Part shown: in pieces, positions 44,929 through 56,192 of the stretch
How the letters are laid out: each line of letters opens with the position of its first letter
How positions within the stretch are numbered: position 1 is the stretch's first letter
Origin: Bacteroidota bacterium
GTDB taxonomy: Bacteria > Bacteroidota > Ignavibacteria > UBA10030 > UBA8401
DNA length: 64,000 bases
Reading direction: 5' to 3'
Assembly: GCA_021796275.1 (NCBI GenBank)
Contig: JAJYOI010000004.1
Location: 1,058-65,057 of the forward strand
The notes under the pieces: generated by a model
Databases searched by the model: none
Told to the model about the DNA's origin: nothing
What the model saw: the letters and a program-made list of their open reading frames with translations, nothing else
Translations under genes and position numbers: made by a program

Positions 44929-44931
44929 GTT

Positions 44932-46008
44932 ATGAGTGTTCTTGTTGACGAAATTCTTTCAAACGCAAAAGCAGCCGCCACACCGGTTGGAAATCCCGTT
45001 GGGGCAGCGAAAGTCTCCGCAAAAGATTTTCAGTCGGATCAGGATGTTCGCTGGTGTCCGGGCTGCGGCGATTATTCTATTCTCGCACAAACGCAGCGCA
45101 TTCTTCCCGATTTGAATATTCCGCGTGAGCGGATGGTTTTCATTTCGGGTATCGGCTGTTCAAGCCGCTTTCCGTATTACATGGAAACGTACGGCTTCCA
45201 CAGCATTCACGGCCGCGCAACCGCAATTGCTTCAGGATTAAAAATGGCGCGTCCCGATCTTTCGATTTGGGTCGTAACGGGTGACGGCGACGGATTAAGC
45301 ATCGGCGGCAATCACATGATTCATCTGATGCGCCGCAACGTTGACGTGAACGTGATACTCTTCAATAATCAAATTTACGGATTGACGAAGGGACAATATT
45401 CACCGACGTCGGAAAAAGGCAAAGTAACGAAGTCAACGCCGTTCGGCTCGATTGATTATCCGTTCAACCCCGCGGCATTGGCGCTCGGCTCAAGCTGCAC
45501 ATTTGTTGCGCGGTCAATGGACAGAGATCCGAAACACATGCAAGCGGTATTGAAACGCGCGGCGGAACATAAAGGCACCTCGTTTGTGGAAATGTATCAG
45601 AACTGCAACGTGTTTAACGACGGTGCTTTCTTTGCGCTCACTGAAAAAGAAACACGCGATGAGAACGTGCTGTACCTTGAGCATGGTAAGCCCCTCATTT
45701 TCGGAAAAGAAAAAGACAAAGGAATTCACCTCGACGGATTCACGCCGACGGTTGTTTCTCTGAAAGACGGAAAGCATTCGGTCAACGATCTGATCGTGCA
45801 TAACGAAAAAGATTCGACACTGGCATTCATTCTTGCCAACATGACATATCAGGAGAAACTTCCGCGCCCGGTCGGAATTTTCCAGAGCATCGAACGCCCG
45901 ACGTATGACGAGATGATGTCAAAGCAAATCGAGACCGCAATTCAAAAGCGCGGAAAAGGGACCCTGGAAAAATTATTGAGCTCCGGAGAAACCTGGACGA
46001 TACAGTAA
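44932..46008 (+). CDS. korB: 2-oxoacid:ferredoxin oxidoreductase, beta (TPP-binding) subunit
   Basis: [13 protein letters not shown]...[11 protein letters not shown]...[13 protein letters not shown]...[11 protein letters not shown]. Confidence 0.9.
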   Translation: MSVLVDEILSNAKAAATPVGNPVGAAKVSAKDFQSDQDVRWCPGCGDYSILAQTQRILPDLNIPRERMVFISGIGCSSRFPYYMETYGFHSIHGRATAIASGLKMARPDLSIWVVTGDGDGLSIGGNHMIHLMRRNVDVNVILFNNQIYGLTKGQYSPTSEKGKVTKSTPFGSIDYPFNPAALALGSSCTFVARSMDRDPKHMQAVLKRAAEHKGTSFVEMYQNCNVFNDGAFFALTEKETRDENVLYLEHGKPLIFGKEKDKGIHLDGFTPTVVSLKDGKHSVNDLIVHNEKDSTLAFILANMTYQEKLPRPVGIFQSIERPTYDEMMSKQIETAIQKRGKGTLEKLLSSGETWTIQ

Positions 46009-46103
46009 ATTAGATAAATGGATTGATGGATGAATGGATAATTGGAGACCGCTGTAATCAACATTCCAATAATCCAATACTCCGACATCGTTTCTCAGAT
46101 GTT

Positions 46104-46150
46104 AGGTGCGGTATCAAAGATTTTCGTATATTGATGCCGCACCTTTTTTA
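46104..46150 (+). terminator. rho-independent terminator of korAB
   Basis: AGGTGCGGTATCAA (46104-46117) pairs with TTGATGCCGCACCT (46131-46144) with one G-T wobble. The stem is followed by TTTTTTAT. Confidence 0.75.
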
Positions 46151-46161
46151 TTTGCTAAGCC

Positions 46162-47184
46162 ATGACAAAACTTTCTATGACCTCGCCGTTGTCTGGCGGG
46201 TTTGAAGCGTGTAAAAGCATTTTTGAACAGAAACATTCATTCGTTCTCACAACGCACGTCAATCCGGATGGGGACGGCATCGGAAGTGAAGTCGCACTTG
46301 CCGCATTTCTGCGCAGCATGGGCAAAGAAGCGGCGGTCATCAATCAAAGTGAGACGCCGGCGAATTACGTTTTCCTCAACTCTATTTATCCCGTTCAGCA
46401 TTTCTCCCGTGAGCGCCACGCGAACGTGATCGCTAATGCCGATGTCATTATCGTCGCTGATACAAATTCACCACTGCGTTTCACGGCGATGAAAGATTTT
46501 GTCCTGCAAAGCAAAGCATACAAAATTTGCATTGACCATCATCTCGACCAAGCAGAATTTGCCGATCTTTATCTTATAGATGAATCCTCACCCGCAACCG
46601 GCGAAATCGTTTACCGCCTCCTTTCCTATCTTGACCCGCATGCTATCACCCGGCAAATTGCCGACGCATTGTATGTCGCAATCATGACGGACACCGGCTC
46701 GTTCCGTTTTCCGAAAACCGATGTTGAAACACACGGCATTATTGCAGAGCTGCTCGCGCGCGGCGTTGATCCTTCGGCGCTGTATCAAAAAATATTCGAG
46801 GAAGGAAGTATCAACAAGTTAAAATTATTGGGCAAGGCATTGGAGTCGCTCAAAACTGCTGCAGATGGAAAAGTCGCGTACATGGTTCTCCCCCGCTCTG
46901 CATTTGCAGAAACTGTAACAGTGGAAGCCGACACGGACAATATGATCAATCAAACTATGAGCATCGGCGGCGTTGTTATCGGATTATTGTTTGTAGAATT
47001 GGAAGACGGCGTCAAGGTGAGTTTTCGTTCTAAAGGAAGCATTGCAGCGAATGAATTGGCAAAGGAATTCGGCGGCAACGGCCATAAAAATGCAGCCGGA
47101 GCGCGTAAACACGCAACAGGTTTAAGCGAATTTGTACAACAGGTTGTGGAACGCGCAATAGTGTACGCACGGGCTGACCATTAG
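46162..47184 (+). CDS. nrnA: DHH-family phosphoesterase (oligoribonuclease/pAp phosphatase NrnA-like)
   Basis: HVNPDGDGIGS, ADTNS, CIDHH, and the DHHA1 motif GGNGHKNAAGA are present. Confidence 0.85.
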   Translation: MTKLSMTSPLSGGFEACKSIFEQKHSFVLTTHVNPDGDGIGSEVALAAFLRSMGKEAAVINQSETPANYVFLNSIYPVQHFSRERHANVIANADVIIVADTNSPLRFTAMKDFVLQSKAYKICIDHHLDQAEFADLYLIDESSPATGEIVYRLLSYLDPHAITRQIADALYVAIMTDTGSFRFPKTDVETHGIIAELLARGVDPSALYQKIFEEGSINKLKLLGKALESLKTAADGKVAYMVLPRSAFAETVTVEADTDNMINQTMSIGGVVIGLLFVELEDGVKVSFRSKGSIAANELAKEFGGNGHKNAAGARKHATGLSEFVQQVVERAIVYARADH

Positions 47185-47217
47185 TTTTTTGCCTGAACAT
47201 TTTCTCCGGAGAACATC

Positions 47218-48750
47218 ATGGACATCAAAGTCACAACAATACACGGAACGATAAGCACTACACGGCGTGACGCTGTGGCTGTCTTCTTTTCCGAATGGAA
47301 CATGGCGCCGCAGGCGGCAGAAAAAACAGAGCACAAAAAGCTGATGGAAAATTTTCCTTCCGCACTCCGTAAAAAAATTGAGACCGCGATCCAGCTTAAT
47401 GAATTCACTGGAAAAGAAAATGAATCCATCACGCTGTACACGGAATCGTTGATTAACTCGCCGCGCCTTTTGCTCATCGGCATCGGAGAATCAAAAAAAC
47501 TGACATTAGAAAAATTCCGAAGAGCAGCGGCGACAGCGGCAAAAAAAGCATCGAGCCTCAAGGCAGCTTCACTTGCCATTCTGCTTCCCGAACCGGTGAC
47601 AAGTGAAACTCTGGCGGCTGCAGAAATTTCACAAGCAATTGTGGAGGGAGCAATTCTTTCGCTCTACAAATTCGATAAATATCAGAAGCCAAACAATGAA
47701 AAGAAGAAATTACACAGCATTGAAATAATTACCCCCAACTCCCGGCTCGAAAAAGAAATTCACATCGGTGCCAAAAACGGTACGATGTTGTGCGAAGCTG
47801 TGTATCATACGCGCGATCTGGAAAACGCGCCGTCAAATGAAATTTATCCTGAAACACTCGCCGACCACGCCTTGCAATCAGGGAAAAAATATGGGTTCAG
47901 TGTTACAATATTCGATAAGCGTAAGATTGAAAGTCTGAAAATGGGAGGCGTTATCGGTGTCAGCAAAGGAAGCGAGAATCCGCCGCGATTCATTATTCTT
48001 GAGTACAATGTGAAGGCAAAAAAACACGGCACCATTGTTCTCGTCGGCAAAGGAGTAACGTTCGACACAGGCGGAATTTCGATTAAGCCTGCCGCAAGCA
48101 TGGCGGAAATGAAAATGGATATGAGCGGCGGCGCGGCTGTCATCGGCACTTTCGAAGCAATTGCACAATTGAAAATCCCTGTTCACGTTATCGGATTGAT
48201 TCCTGCTGTTGAAAACATGCCGAGCGGTAGTGCCATTAAGCCGGGCGATATTATCCGCCATTACAACGGAATGACTTCTGAAGTTGATAACACCGACGCT
48301 GAAGGAAGATTGATTCTCGCCGATGCGCTCGGTTATGCATCACAATATAGACCGGAACTCGTTATTGACCTTGCCACATTGACCGGTGCGTGTGTCGTTG
48401 CACTCGGACATCTTGCAAGCGGCATGATGGGAAATGATCAGACTGCGATGGACGATCTGAAGACTGCCGGAGAAAAAACTTACGAGCGCGTGTGGCAGCT
48501 TCCGCTGTTTGACGAGTACGAAAAACAAATCAAAAGCGATGTTGCAGATGTCAAAAATGTCGGCGGCCGTTGGGGAGGCGCGATCACCGCCGGCTGGTTC
48601 TTAAAAAAATTTATCGGCGACTACAAATGGATTCATCTCGATATTGCCGGAACGGCAATTCTTGAAGAAGCGCTCGATTATGCGCCGCGGGGCGGTTCCG
48701 GAGTCGGCGTGCGGCTGCTTGTCGAATTCCTGAAAAATGTTCATCGGTAA
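47218..48750 (+). CDS. pepA: leucyl aminopeptidase (M17)
   Basis: VGKGVTFDTGGISIKP...MKMDMSGGAAV...NTDAEGRLILADAL. Confidence 0.92.
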   Translation: MDIKVTTIHGTISTTRRDAVAVFFSEWNMAPQAAEKTEHKKLMENFPSALRKKIETAIQLNEFTGKENESITLYTESLINSPRLLLIGIGESKKLTLEKFRRAAATAAKKASSLKAASLAILLPEPVTSETLAAAEISQAIVEGAILSLYKFDKYQKPNNEKKKLHSIEIITPNSRLEKEIHIGAKNGTMLCEAVYHTRDLENAPSNEIYPETLADHALQSGKKYGFSVTIFDKRKIESLKMGGVIGVSKGSENPPRFIILEYNVKAKKHGTIVLVGKGVTFDTGGISIKPAASMAEMKMDMSGGAAVIGTFEAIAQLKIPVHVIGLIPAVENMPSGSAIKPGDIIRHYNGMTSEVDNTDAEGRLILADALGYASQYRPELVIDLATLTGACVVALGHLASGMMGNDQTAMDDLKTAGEKTYERVWQLPLFDEYEKQIKSDVADVKNVGGRWGGAITAGWFLKKFIGDYKWIHLDIAGTAILEEALDYAPRGGSGVGVRLLVEFLKNVHR

Positions 48751-48785
48751 TCCTGTCTTATGACCGTTCATTTCACGATAGATCT

Positions 48786-50150
48786 ATGATCCGGTTTCTT
48801 CCGGTTGGCGGCGCAGGCGAAATTGGTGCATCGTGTTTTCACGTCGATCTTGAGGGCACGGGCATCATACTTGATGCGGGAATGCACCCAAGAAAAAAGG
48901 GTGCCGACTCAGTACCGAATTTTAACATGATGAACGATCTTCCGGTCGACGCTGTGCTGATCTCACACGCACATGAAGATCACATCGGCTCCCTTCCTTA
49001 CTTAGTGCAGCGCTTTCCCTATCTACGCATTGTTGCAACACCGCAAACCCGCGCCATTGCCGAACTCACTCTCCATAATTCCGTCTCGATTTTGCAGGAA
49101 GAATTAGCAGAAGATGATCCACTGAGACCTTATACACATGAAGAAATTGATTTACTTATTCAGAGCATTGAATATCACGCGTATGAAGAGCGGTTTGACA
49201 TCAACAGTTATCAAAACGGAAACAACTCGACCGTGCGCGCTTCGTTCTGGGATGCGGGCCATGTCATCGGGTCTGCCGGAATTCTCCTCGAGCATGATCA
49301 TCACACAATGTTTTACACCGGCGACGTTAAGATGAGAAATCAGACATTGACGCGCGGCGCACAAATTCCCCACATGCATGTTGACACATTACTGCTCGAA
49401 TGCACTCAAGGCGCTGCAGACCCCTCCACATTTCTTGAATGGGAAGATGAAGCACAACGCTTCGCTCAACTTTCCAACGACGTCATCGAAAAGGGCGGAT
49501 CAATTTTAATTCCGGTGTTTGCTTTGGGAAAAATGCAGGAAATGCTTGCGATGATCTGGAAACTGATGGAACAGGGCGCCATGGTTAAAACGGATATCTA
49601 CACAGGCGGTATCGCCCGGAAAATTTGCGCCGTCTATGACCGGAATCGCTACGTTGTTCGCCGTATGGATAAAGAATTCGAATTTGCGGATGTGGTGCAG
49701 CGTGATATCTTTGAAATCGAGCGCATGGAGGAACTCGTGCAGCACCCGTCAATCATTCTTGCCACAAGCGGCATGATGGTGGAAGGAACACTCTCATTCA
49801 AGCTCGCCCAACATTGGCTTAACCAAAGGCATCACGCTATCTTCACCGTCGGATATATGGATCCTGACACGCCGGGATACCGCATCGCAACTGCGCAGCG
49901 CGGAAAGGAAATTCAACTGACTGATTTTTCGCAGCCGCAGCAGGTTCGGTGCGCAATTGAACGCTTCCATTTTACCGCTCACAGTATGCGTGACGGATTG
50001 ATTGATATTGTGCGGCGCACGACGCCTAACCGTGTTATTCTCATTCACGGCGAACCGGAAGCAATTGATTGGATGGGATTTTCCATCCTCAAAGATTTTC
50101 CCGGAACAAAAGTACACGCCGCAGAGATCGGCAAAGTGATCGAAGTATAA
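48786..50150 (+). CDS. MBL-fold metallo-hydrolase of the beta-CASP (RNA-metabolising) type
   Basis: HAHEDHIGSLP (HxHxDH) is present. A beta-CASP-like middle section leads to the C-terminal H of ...ILIHGEPE. Confidence 0.8.
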   Translation: MIRFLPVGGAGEIGASCFHVDLEGTGIILDAGMHPRKKGADSVPNFNMMNDLPVDAVLISHAHEDHIGSLPYLVQRFPYLRIVATPQTRAIAELTLHNSVSILQEELAEDDPLRPYTHEEIDLLIQSIEYHAYEERFDINSYQNGNNSTVRASFWDAGHVIGSAGILLEHDHHTMFYTGDVKMRNQTLTRGAQIPHMHVDTLLLECTQGAADPSTFLEWEDEAQRFAQLSNDVIEKGGSILIPVFALGKMQEMLAMIWKLMEQGAMVKTDIYTGGIARKICAVYDRNRYVVRRMDKEFEFADVVQRDIFEIERMEELVQHPSIILATSGMMVEGTLSFKLAQHWLNQRHHAIFTVGYMDPDTPGYRIATAQRGKEIQLTDFSQPQQVRCAIERFHFTAHSMRDGLIDIVRRTTPNRVILIHGEPEAIDWMGFSILKDFPGTKVHAAEIGKVIEV

Positions 50151-50228
50151 CTCTCAAAGTTTTTCCCTGTTGTTGATTCTCAGAAAATTCCTCACTACTT
50201 TTGCATTGGACACTCAAGGAGACTTTCC

Positions 50229-51428
50229 ATGAAAACACTCATTGCAGATTCTTTTCCGCAGCAATACATCAGCGATATTATCAACCTTGGCGTTGAAGTC
50301 GTGTACAAACCGAAACTTAAATCGGAAGAACTATCGGGAAATATTAATGACGCTTCCGTTCTCGTTGTGCGCTCAACAGAAGTGCATCACGATTGCATCG
50401 AAGCAGCGAACAATCTCAGTCTTATCATTCGTGCCGGTGCGGGCGTCAACAACATAGACATCAAAACCGCAAACGCGCGGGGCATCTACGTTGCCAATTG
50501 CCCGGGGAAAAACTCAATCGCAGTTGCCGAGTTGACCATGGCGCTTCTTTGTTCGCTTGACCGCCGGGTTGTAGAAAATGTCGCTGATCTTCACGCCGGC
50601 AAATGGAACAAAGCCGAATACTCAAAAGCCGACGGGCTGTTCGGCAAAACGATAGGAATTATCGGCGTAGGTCAGATCGGCAAAGAGGTAATCAAACGCG
50701 CACGAGCATTCGGTTTGAATATTATTGCATGGTCGCGTTCGCTGACGCCGGAAAAGGCGCGCGATCTTGAAATTGAATACGCCTCTTCTGTGGAGGTGCT
50801 TGTTCCGCGCTGCGATATCATTTCTGTCCATCTTGCACTCAAACCTGAAACGCGCAACATCATCAACCGCGAGATTATCCGATCAATGAGGCCGGGTACA
50901 ATTTTTCTCAACACATCCCGTCCGGAAATTGCCGACGAAGCGGCGTTGTGTGATGCCGCTTCTGCCGGACAAATCCGCATCGGTGCTGATGTTTTCATGC
51001 ACGAGCCCGAAGAAAAAAGCGGCACCTTTAACAGCAAACTTGCCGCTCTCGCGAACGTCTATGGTACGCATCACATCGGGGCGTCGACAAATCAGGCGCA
51101 AAATGCCGTTGCAGCAGAAGTTGTTGCAATCATTGACGAATATCTTCATCAAGGGACAGTGCGGCATTGGGTCAACCGCGCAAAAAAAACTGCAGCGAAA
51201 TGGCAGCTTGTTGTGCGCCACTTCGATAAGCCGGGCGTTCTTGCGGCTGTTCTTGAAGATTTAAAGCGATCACACATTAATGTGCAAGAAATAGAGAACG
51301 TCATCTTCGACGGTGAACAAACCGCTTGCTGCACTTTGCGGTTAGATGCAAAACCTTCTGATGAAACGGTCTCCATCATTCGCTCCCGCCATGATGAAGT
51401 GATCCAGGCGTCACTTCTTGCGATGTAA
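50229..51428 (+). CDS. serA: D-3-phosphoglycerate dehydrogenase-like 2-hydroxyacid dehydrogenase with a C-terminal ACT domain
   Basis: The NAD site is GKTIGIIGVGQIGKEV and the catalytic region is THHIGASTNQAQ. The ACT-like tail reads LVVRHFDKPGVLAAVLEDLKRSHINVQEIEN. Confidence 0.75.
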   Translation: MKTLIADSFPQQYISDIINLGVEVVYKPKLKSEELSGNINDASVLVVRSTEVHHDCIEAANNLSLIIRAGAGVNNIDIKTANARGIYVANCPGKNSIAVAELTMALLCSLDRRVVENVADLHAGKWNKAEYSKADGLFGKTIGIIGVGQIGKEVIKRARAFGLNIIAWSRSLTPEKARDLEIEYASSVEVLVPRCDIISVHLALKPETRNIINREIIRSMRPGTIFLNTSRPEIADEAALCDAASAGQIRIGADVFMHEPEEKSGTFNSKLAALANVYGTHHIGASTNQAQNAVAAEVVAIIDEYLHQGTVRHWVNRAKKTAAKWQLVVRHFDKPGVLAAVLEDLKRSHINVQEIENVIFDGEQTACCTLRLDAKPSDETVSIIRSRHDEVIQASLLAM

Positions 51429-51591
51429 GCAGCCGTTGCAAACAAGAAGCGACGAACTTGATGGGGCAGTTGTAAAATTTAGATATGACCTTCCTTTTCC
51501 ACACAAATTTTGGGGGAAAGATCATACTGTATCCGTCTTGCGTTTCCACCGCTATATTTATATCTTTTGAAGAGAAAATAAAATTATTGTA

Positions 51592-53163
51592 ATGATTGCA
51601 CGATTTACTTCGATAGAAAACGAATTACAGAACCTCGTCAAAGGCGAGGTGTGGTTTGATGATGAAACGCGTACAACGTACAGCACAGCAATGTGTATGT
51701 ACAAAGTGATGCCCATAGGTGTTATCGCTCCAAAAGACAAGGAAGATGTTCAACACATTGTACGTTTTTGTCACGAGAACCACATTGCCGTTATTCCGCG
51801 CGGAGCCGGTACAGGTTTGGTCGGCCAGGCCGTAGGGCTGGGCATTGTTCTCGATTTCACAAAATATATGAACCATGTCGTCAAAATTTCTGACGACACC
51901 TCCAGCGTAACAGTACAAGCGGGCTGTGTTTTGTACGATATCAATATGTTATTGCAGCCGCTCGGAAAATATTATCCCATTGATCCGCAAAGTGCAAAAC
52001 TCTGTACCATCGGCGGGAATATCGCAACCAACGCATCAGGCGCCCACGGACTCCGTTTCGGCGCAACGAAAGACCAGGTTACACAACTCTCGGTCGTTCT
52101 TTCAAACGGAGATACCGCAGAGGTATTTCCACAGGAATCATCGAACATCCTGACAGACGATGGAGCGGCAATCTTCTCCGGCGCCAAACGAATTCTTCAA
52201 TCCCATCAAACTTTGATCGAACAAAGAAAGCCGCGCGTAACAAAAAACTCCAGCGGCTATAACGTGTATGAAGCTTTCGATAACGGAAATTTCGATGCGG
52301 TGCGTTTGTTGTGCGGCTCAGAAGGAACACTCGCCATTGCTACCGAAGCGACTCTTCGGCTCCACACGCTTCCGGATGCAGCGCTCGCTGCCGTTGCCTA
52401 CTTTCCGACATACGAAGCAACTGCGGAAGCAACGCAAATCGCTGTTGAATTTTCCCCTGCTGCAATTGAATTGCTCGACAAATCCTATACCGATATCGGG
52501 AAAGGAATGAGCGAAACAATTGACCGTTTCATTGAAGGCAACTTCCAGACGATGCTGCTGTTTGAATTTGAAGGGGAATCGAAAGAACAATTAGCCTTTT
52601 CTGCGGAAGCGCTGCATTCCGTCCTGCAAAAGCACAGATTGCTTTCGCGATGGATCTTGCTTGATCGCGACGACGAGCGTAACGCCGTCTGGAGATTACG
52701 AGAAGAAGTATCGGTGAAACTGCATACCCTGCACTCGGAATTGCACAAAATTTCTACCATCGAAGACGGCATTGTGCCGGTCGAAAATCTTCCGGCGTAC
52801 ATGAAAGGCTTAAAACGGATATTGGATTCGCATTCGATCCCCTTCACCTTGTACGGGCATGCTGGGTCAGGGAACATTCACTGTTCTACATTCGTCGAAA
52901 TTGAAACTGAAAATGGCCGTACAAAGCTTGAAGCGGCAACGCGCGAAGTCTTCGATCTCATCATGCATCTCGATGGCTCGCTCTCTGGCGAACACGGCGA
53001 CGGCTTTGTGCGCACACCGTTTTTGAAGCGATCATTCGGCAACGAGATGTACTCCCTTTTTGAAGAAATCAAGAATTGTTTTGATCCTCACAATATTCTA
53101 AATCCTCAAAAAATTATTGGAAAGCAGGATGGACTTTTCCTTCATGACATCAAATACGCATAA
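51592..53163 (+). CDS. FAD-binding oxidoreductase (GlcD / D-lactate dehydrogenase-like)
   Basis: The PCMH-type FAD-binding domain is VIPRGAGTGLVGQAV...GGNIATNASG. The C-terminal motif is GSLSGEHGDGFVR. Confidence 0.85.
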   Translation: MIARFTSIENELQNLVKGEVWFDDETRTTYSTAMCMYKVMPIGVIAPKDKEDVQHIVRFCHENHIAVIPRGAGTGLVGQAVGLGIVLDFTKYMNHVVKISDDTSSVTVQAGCVLYDINMLLQPLGKYYPIDPQSAKLCTIGGNIATNASGAHGLRFGATKDQVTQLSVVLSNGDTAEVFPQESSNILTDDGAAIFSGAKRILQSHQTLIEQRKPRVTKNSSGYNVYEAFDNGNFDAVRLLCGSEGTLAIATEATLRLHTLPDAALAAVAYFPTYEATAEATQIAVEFSPAAIELLDKSYTDIGKGMSETIDRFIEGNFQTMLLFEFEGESKEQLAFSAEALHSVLQKHRLLSRWILLDRDDERNAVWRLREEVSVKLHTLHSELHKISTIEDGIVPVENLPAYMKGLKRILDSHSIPFTLYGHAGSGNIHCSTFVEIETENGRTKLEAATREVFDLIMHLDGSLSGEHGDGFVRTPFLKRSFGNEMYSLFEEIKNCFDPHNILNPQKIIGKQDGLFLHDIKYA

Positions 53164-54499
53164 GATCATCGCACATATCATCATGTGCCTGTTGATCGGC
53201 TCAGCCGCACTGACCGCACAAGAACGCGAACAGATGGCAGAGCGGGATTTCCCGAATCTTATCAGTTTTGAATCAAACCTGATTGCCGGCGATTCAATCG
53301 CAGTGCGGGTTGATATTGCGTTTCGTGTGCGCTACGATTTTTTCGTTTTCACTCATCAATTCGGTGAACCGGCGAATTCATTTACGGCCAGCGGCGAACT
53401 TGGTGTTGAAGTGCTCGATTCCAACGATACGCCGGTGACGCGCGACATTAAAACAATTCATCTTCAATCGGAAACAGCTGACGCCGCTCTGTTGAAAAAT
53501 GATTATTATCAAGGCAACACAACTTTTTTGCTGTTGCCCGGAAAATATAAACTTATTTACCACGTTGATGACAAACAATCAGAACGGCATTTTCGGGATG
53601 ATCATCGCACACTCTTCGTTCCTTCGTTCAACGAAAAAAGCATAGCCCGCTCATCTCTCATTTTTGTCAATCCGTTGACACAATCTGAACCGAATTCACA
53701 ATTCACATTGTTGAACCTCGGCAGCGGCACACACTTCGGAAAAAATACCGGCATTCTGATCAGCGTCGCTGGAAAAGATTCAACTGCGGCGATACATTAT
53801 GAAATTGTACGAATGAGAAATGAGGAACAAGAAAAATCGTTCGCTCAAAACGACACACTGCTCCATTATACCTTCTTTGCGAATACCGGCGTTGCTCTTC
53901 GCTACGACAGCGCTCACACTATTTCATATCTCCTTGAGCCGCATGCCGGCACCGGCTGGGTGTACGGCATTCTTCACACGGAGCAATTACCGCAAGGACA
54001 CTACAGCCTGAAAATTCATTTCGAAGGCCGCGATACAGCAACCGTATGGCATCCATTCACGGTGCGGTGGCTGGACATGCCCGCATCGCTGACGAATTTA
54101 GATTTTGCAGTTGAAGCAATGCGATACATCACGACCGACAGCGAGTATGATCACTTGCAAAGCGGGAATCGCAAAGCACGCATTGAGGCGTTTGAAGATT
54201 TCTGGAAACGTCGCGACCCGACGCCGGAAACGGCATACAACGAAATGATGGCAGAATATTTCCGCCGTGTTGATTACGTTGCAGCCGCGTTCAGAACTTT
54301 GAAAGAAGAAGATGGCGTTTTGACCGACAGAGGGAAAGTGTACATTCTCAATGGAGCGCCGTCGAATATCGAGCGATTCTTGCAGCCCAACAGCGTTCCA
54401 AAAGAAATCTGGACATATAGTTCGTTACAGAAGAAATTTTATTTTGAAGACCCAAGCAGACAGGGAAATTATAAACTCGTTCTTGCAGAGAAAAAATGA
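53144..54499 (+). CDS. GWxTD-domain protein
   Basis: Signal peptide from the ATG at 53144. The C-terminal FWKRRDPTPET..NEMMAEYFRRVDY...GVLTDRGKVYILNGAPSNIE...EIWTY is the GWxTD-domain pattern, here as the GVLTD variant. Confidence 0.75.
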   Translation: MTSNTHKIIAHIIMCLLIGSAALTAQEREQMAERDFPNLISFESNLIAGDSIAVRVDIAFRVRYDFFVFTHQFGEPANSFTASGELGVEVLDSNDTPVTRDIKTIHLQSETADAALLKNDYYQGNTTFLLLPGKYKLIYHVDDKQSERHFRDDHRTLFVPSFNEKSIARSSLIFVNPLTQSEPNSQFTLLNLGSGTHFGKNTGILISVAGKDSTAAIHYEIVRMRNEEQEKSFAQNDTLLHYTFFANTGVALRYDSAHTISYLLEPHAGTGWVYGILHTEQLPQGHYSLKIHFEGRDTATVWHPFTVRWLDMPASLTNLDFAVEAMRYITTDSEYDHLQSGNRKARIEAFEDFWKRRDPTPETAYNEMMAEYFRRVDYVAAAFRTLKEEDGVLTDRGKVYILNGAPSNIERFLQPNSVPKEIWTYSSLQKKFYFEDPSRQGNYKLVLAEKK

Positions 54500-55497
54500 A
54501 ACCACGCATCGGCATCACTATCGGAGATTTCAACGGCATCGGACCCGAAGTCATACTCAAAAGCCTTGCTTCCCCATCGGTTCGGAAATCCATTGCTCCG
54601 GTACTTATCGGCTCAGCCGAGATATTTAATTTTTACAATAGGAAATTCAAAACGAAGCTCAAGCTTAAAGCTGTTAGTGCGCCAACCGAGGAAGTAACTC
54701 CGCAGGAAATTCCCGTCGTTAATGTCTATAACGGATCGGAAAAAAATGTGCAGCTCGGCAAGGCCGCTCCCGACGCCGGTGTGTGCGCCGGTATTTCTCT
54801 TGAACGCGGCGTTCAATTGTGCCTGCAAAACCATGTTGATGCCATGGTAACGGGACCCACTTCAAAAGAGGCATTGCACATCGCAGGCTACAACTTCCCC
54901 GGACAGACAGAAATGCTTGCTATGCTCAGCCGTTCTGAACGCGTTACAATGATTCTCGTTGCAAAAACACTGCGCGTCGGTCTTGTAACGATTCATGTGC
55001 CGGTTCGCCAAATTGCCGAAAATATTTTCCTCGGACGAGTCCTTGAAAAATTGGAAACCATTCATTCCTCTCTCAAAAATGATTTCGGAATCGAAGCGCC
55101 GAGAATTGCAGTGCTCGGACTGAATCCTCACGCAGGCGAGAACGGAGCGATCGGAACAGAAGAAAAAGAAATCATCCACCCTGCCATTGAAAAAGCACGG
55201 GAAAAAGGCATCAATGCGGTGGGACCTTTCGCTGCCGACGGTTTCTTTGCGACCCTGAAATCAAATTCCTACGATGCGATTCTTGCCATGTACCACGATC
55301 AAGGGTTGATCCCGCTGAAAATGCAAGGCTTCCATGAAGGAGTAAATTTTTCGGCAGGCATGAGAATCGTTCGCACTTCGCCTGATCATGGCACCGCTTA
55401 TGACATCGCCGGAAAGGGTATTGCTGAACCGGGAAGTATGATTGCTGCTATCCATCTTGCGCGAACCATCGTTACGATCCGCCCAAAAAATCCGTAA
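54496..55497 (+). CDS. pdxA: 4-hydroxythreonine-4-phosphate dehydrogenase
   Basis: IGITIGDFNGIGPEV...GLNPHAGENG...YHDQGLIPLK...SPDHGTAYDIAGKG. Confidence 0.92.
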   Translation: MKPRIGITIGDFNGIGPEVILKSLASPSVRKSIAPVLIGSAEIFNFYNRKFKTKLKLKAVSAPTEEVTPQEIPVVNVYNGSEKNVQLGKAAPDAGVCAGISLERGVQLCLQNHVDAMVTGPTSKEALHIAGYNFPGQTEMLAMLSRSERVTMILVAKTLRVGLVTIHVPVRQIAENIFLGRVLEKLETIHSSLKNDFGIEAPRIAVLGLNPHAGENGAIGTEEKEIIHPAIEKAREKGINAVGPFAADGFFATLKSNSYDAILAMYHDQGLIPLKMQGFHEGVNFSAGMRIVRTSPDHGTAYDIAGKGIAEPGSMIAAIHLARTIVTIRPKNP

Positions 55498-55503
55498 AGC
55501 CCC

Positions 55504-56190
55504 ATGAGCGCCGCGACAACTTCTATGGCAAGAGTGATGAATGCGACAGTCTCATTCAACAACAATCTTGTGCTCGACCATATCACTCTCGACATCAAAA
55601 CCGGCGAATTTGTATCATTGGTTGGAACAACGGGAAGCGGAAAGAGCACATTGCTTCGTTTGCTGTACATGGACATTTTTCCGCAAAGCGGAACCGTAAC
55701 AGTCGGCAACTTCGTTTCGTCCTTAATTAAGCGCAAGGAAATTCCTTTTCTCCGAAGGAAACTTGGAATTGTTTTTCAGGACTTCAAATTACTCGATGAC
55801 AGGTCGGTGTACGACAACGTCGCCTTTTCCCTCTACGTCACGAACTCCCGCACAGCCGATGTCAAGAAAAAAGTGTTGAACGTTCTCGCCAGCGTCGGAT
55901 TAAGCCATAAGAGGAACAGCATGCCGCATCAGCTTTCCGGCGGCGAAGGGCAGCGGGTGGCAATTGCCCGGGCGCTGGTGAATGAACCATTCCTTCTTCT
56001 TGCTGATGAACCGACGGGAAACCTTGATCCCGCTGCATCTCTGGAAATTTTGAAAATCCTGAAAGAAATTAATGCGCGCGGTACTGCGATATTGATGGCA
56101 ACTCACAATTACGATCTGGTTCGCAAAGCGCAGGGAAGAATTGTACAAATCAAAGAAAAAAAATTGTTCGACGTTCAGTTAAAACACTAA
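55504..56190 (+). CDS. ftsE: cell-division ABC ATPase FtsE
   Basis: Walker A is GTTGSGKST, the signature is [15 protein letters not shown], and Walker B is [12 protein letters not shown]. The length (228 aa) fits FtsE. No ftsX is adjacent in this window. Confidence 0.8.
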   Translation: MSAATTSMARVMNATVSFNNNLVLDHITLDIKTGEFVSLVGTTGSGKSTLLRLLYMDIFPQSGTVTVGNFVSSLIKRKEIPFLRRKLGIVFQDFKLLDDRSVYDNVAFSLYVTNSRTADVKKKVLNVLASVGLSHKRNSMPHQLSGGEGQRVAIARALVNEPFLLLADEPTGNLDPAASLEILKILKEINARGTAILMATHNYDLVRKAQGRIVQIKEKKLFDVQLKH

Positions 56191-56192
56191 CC

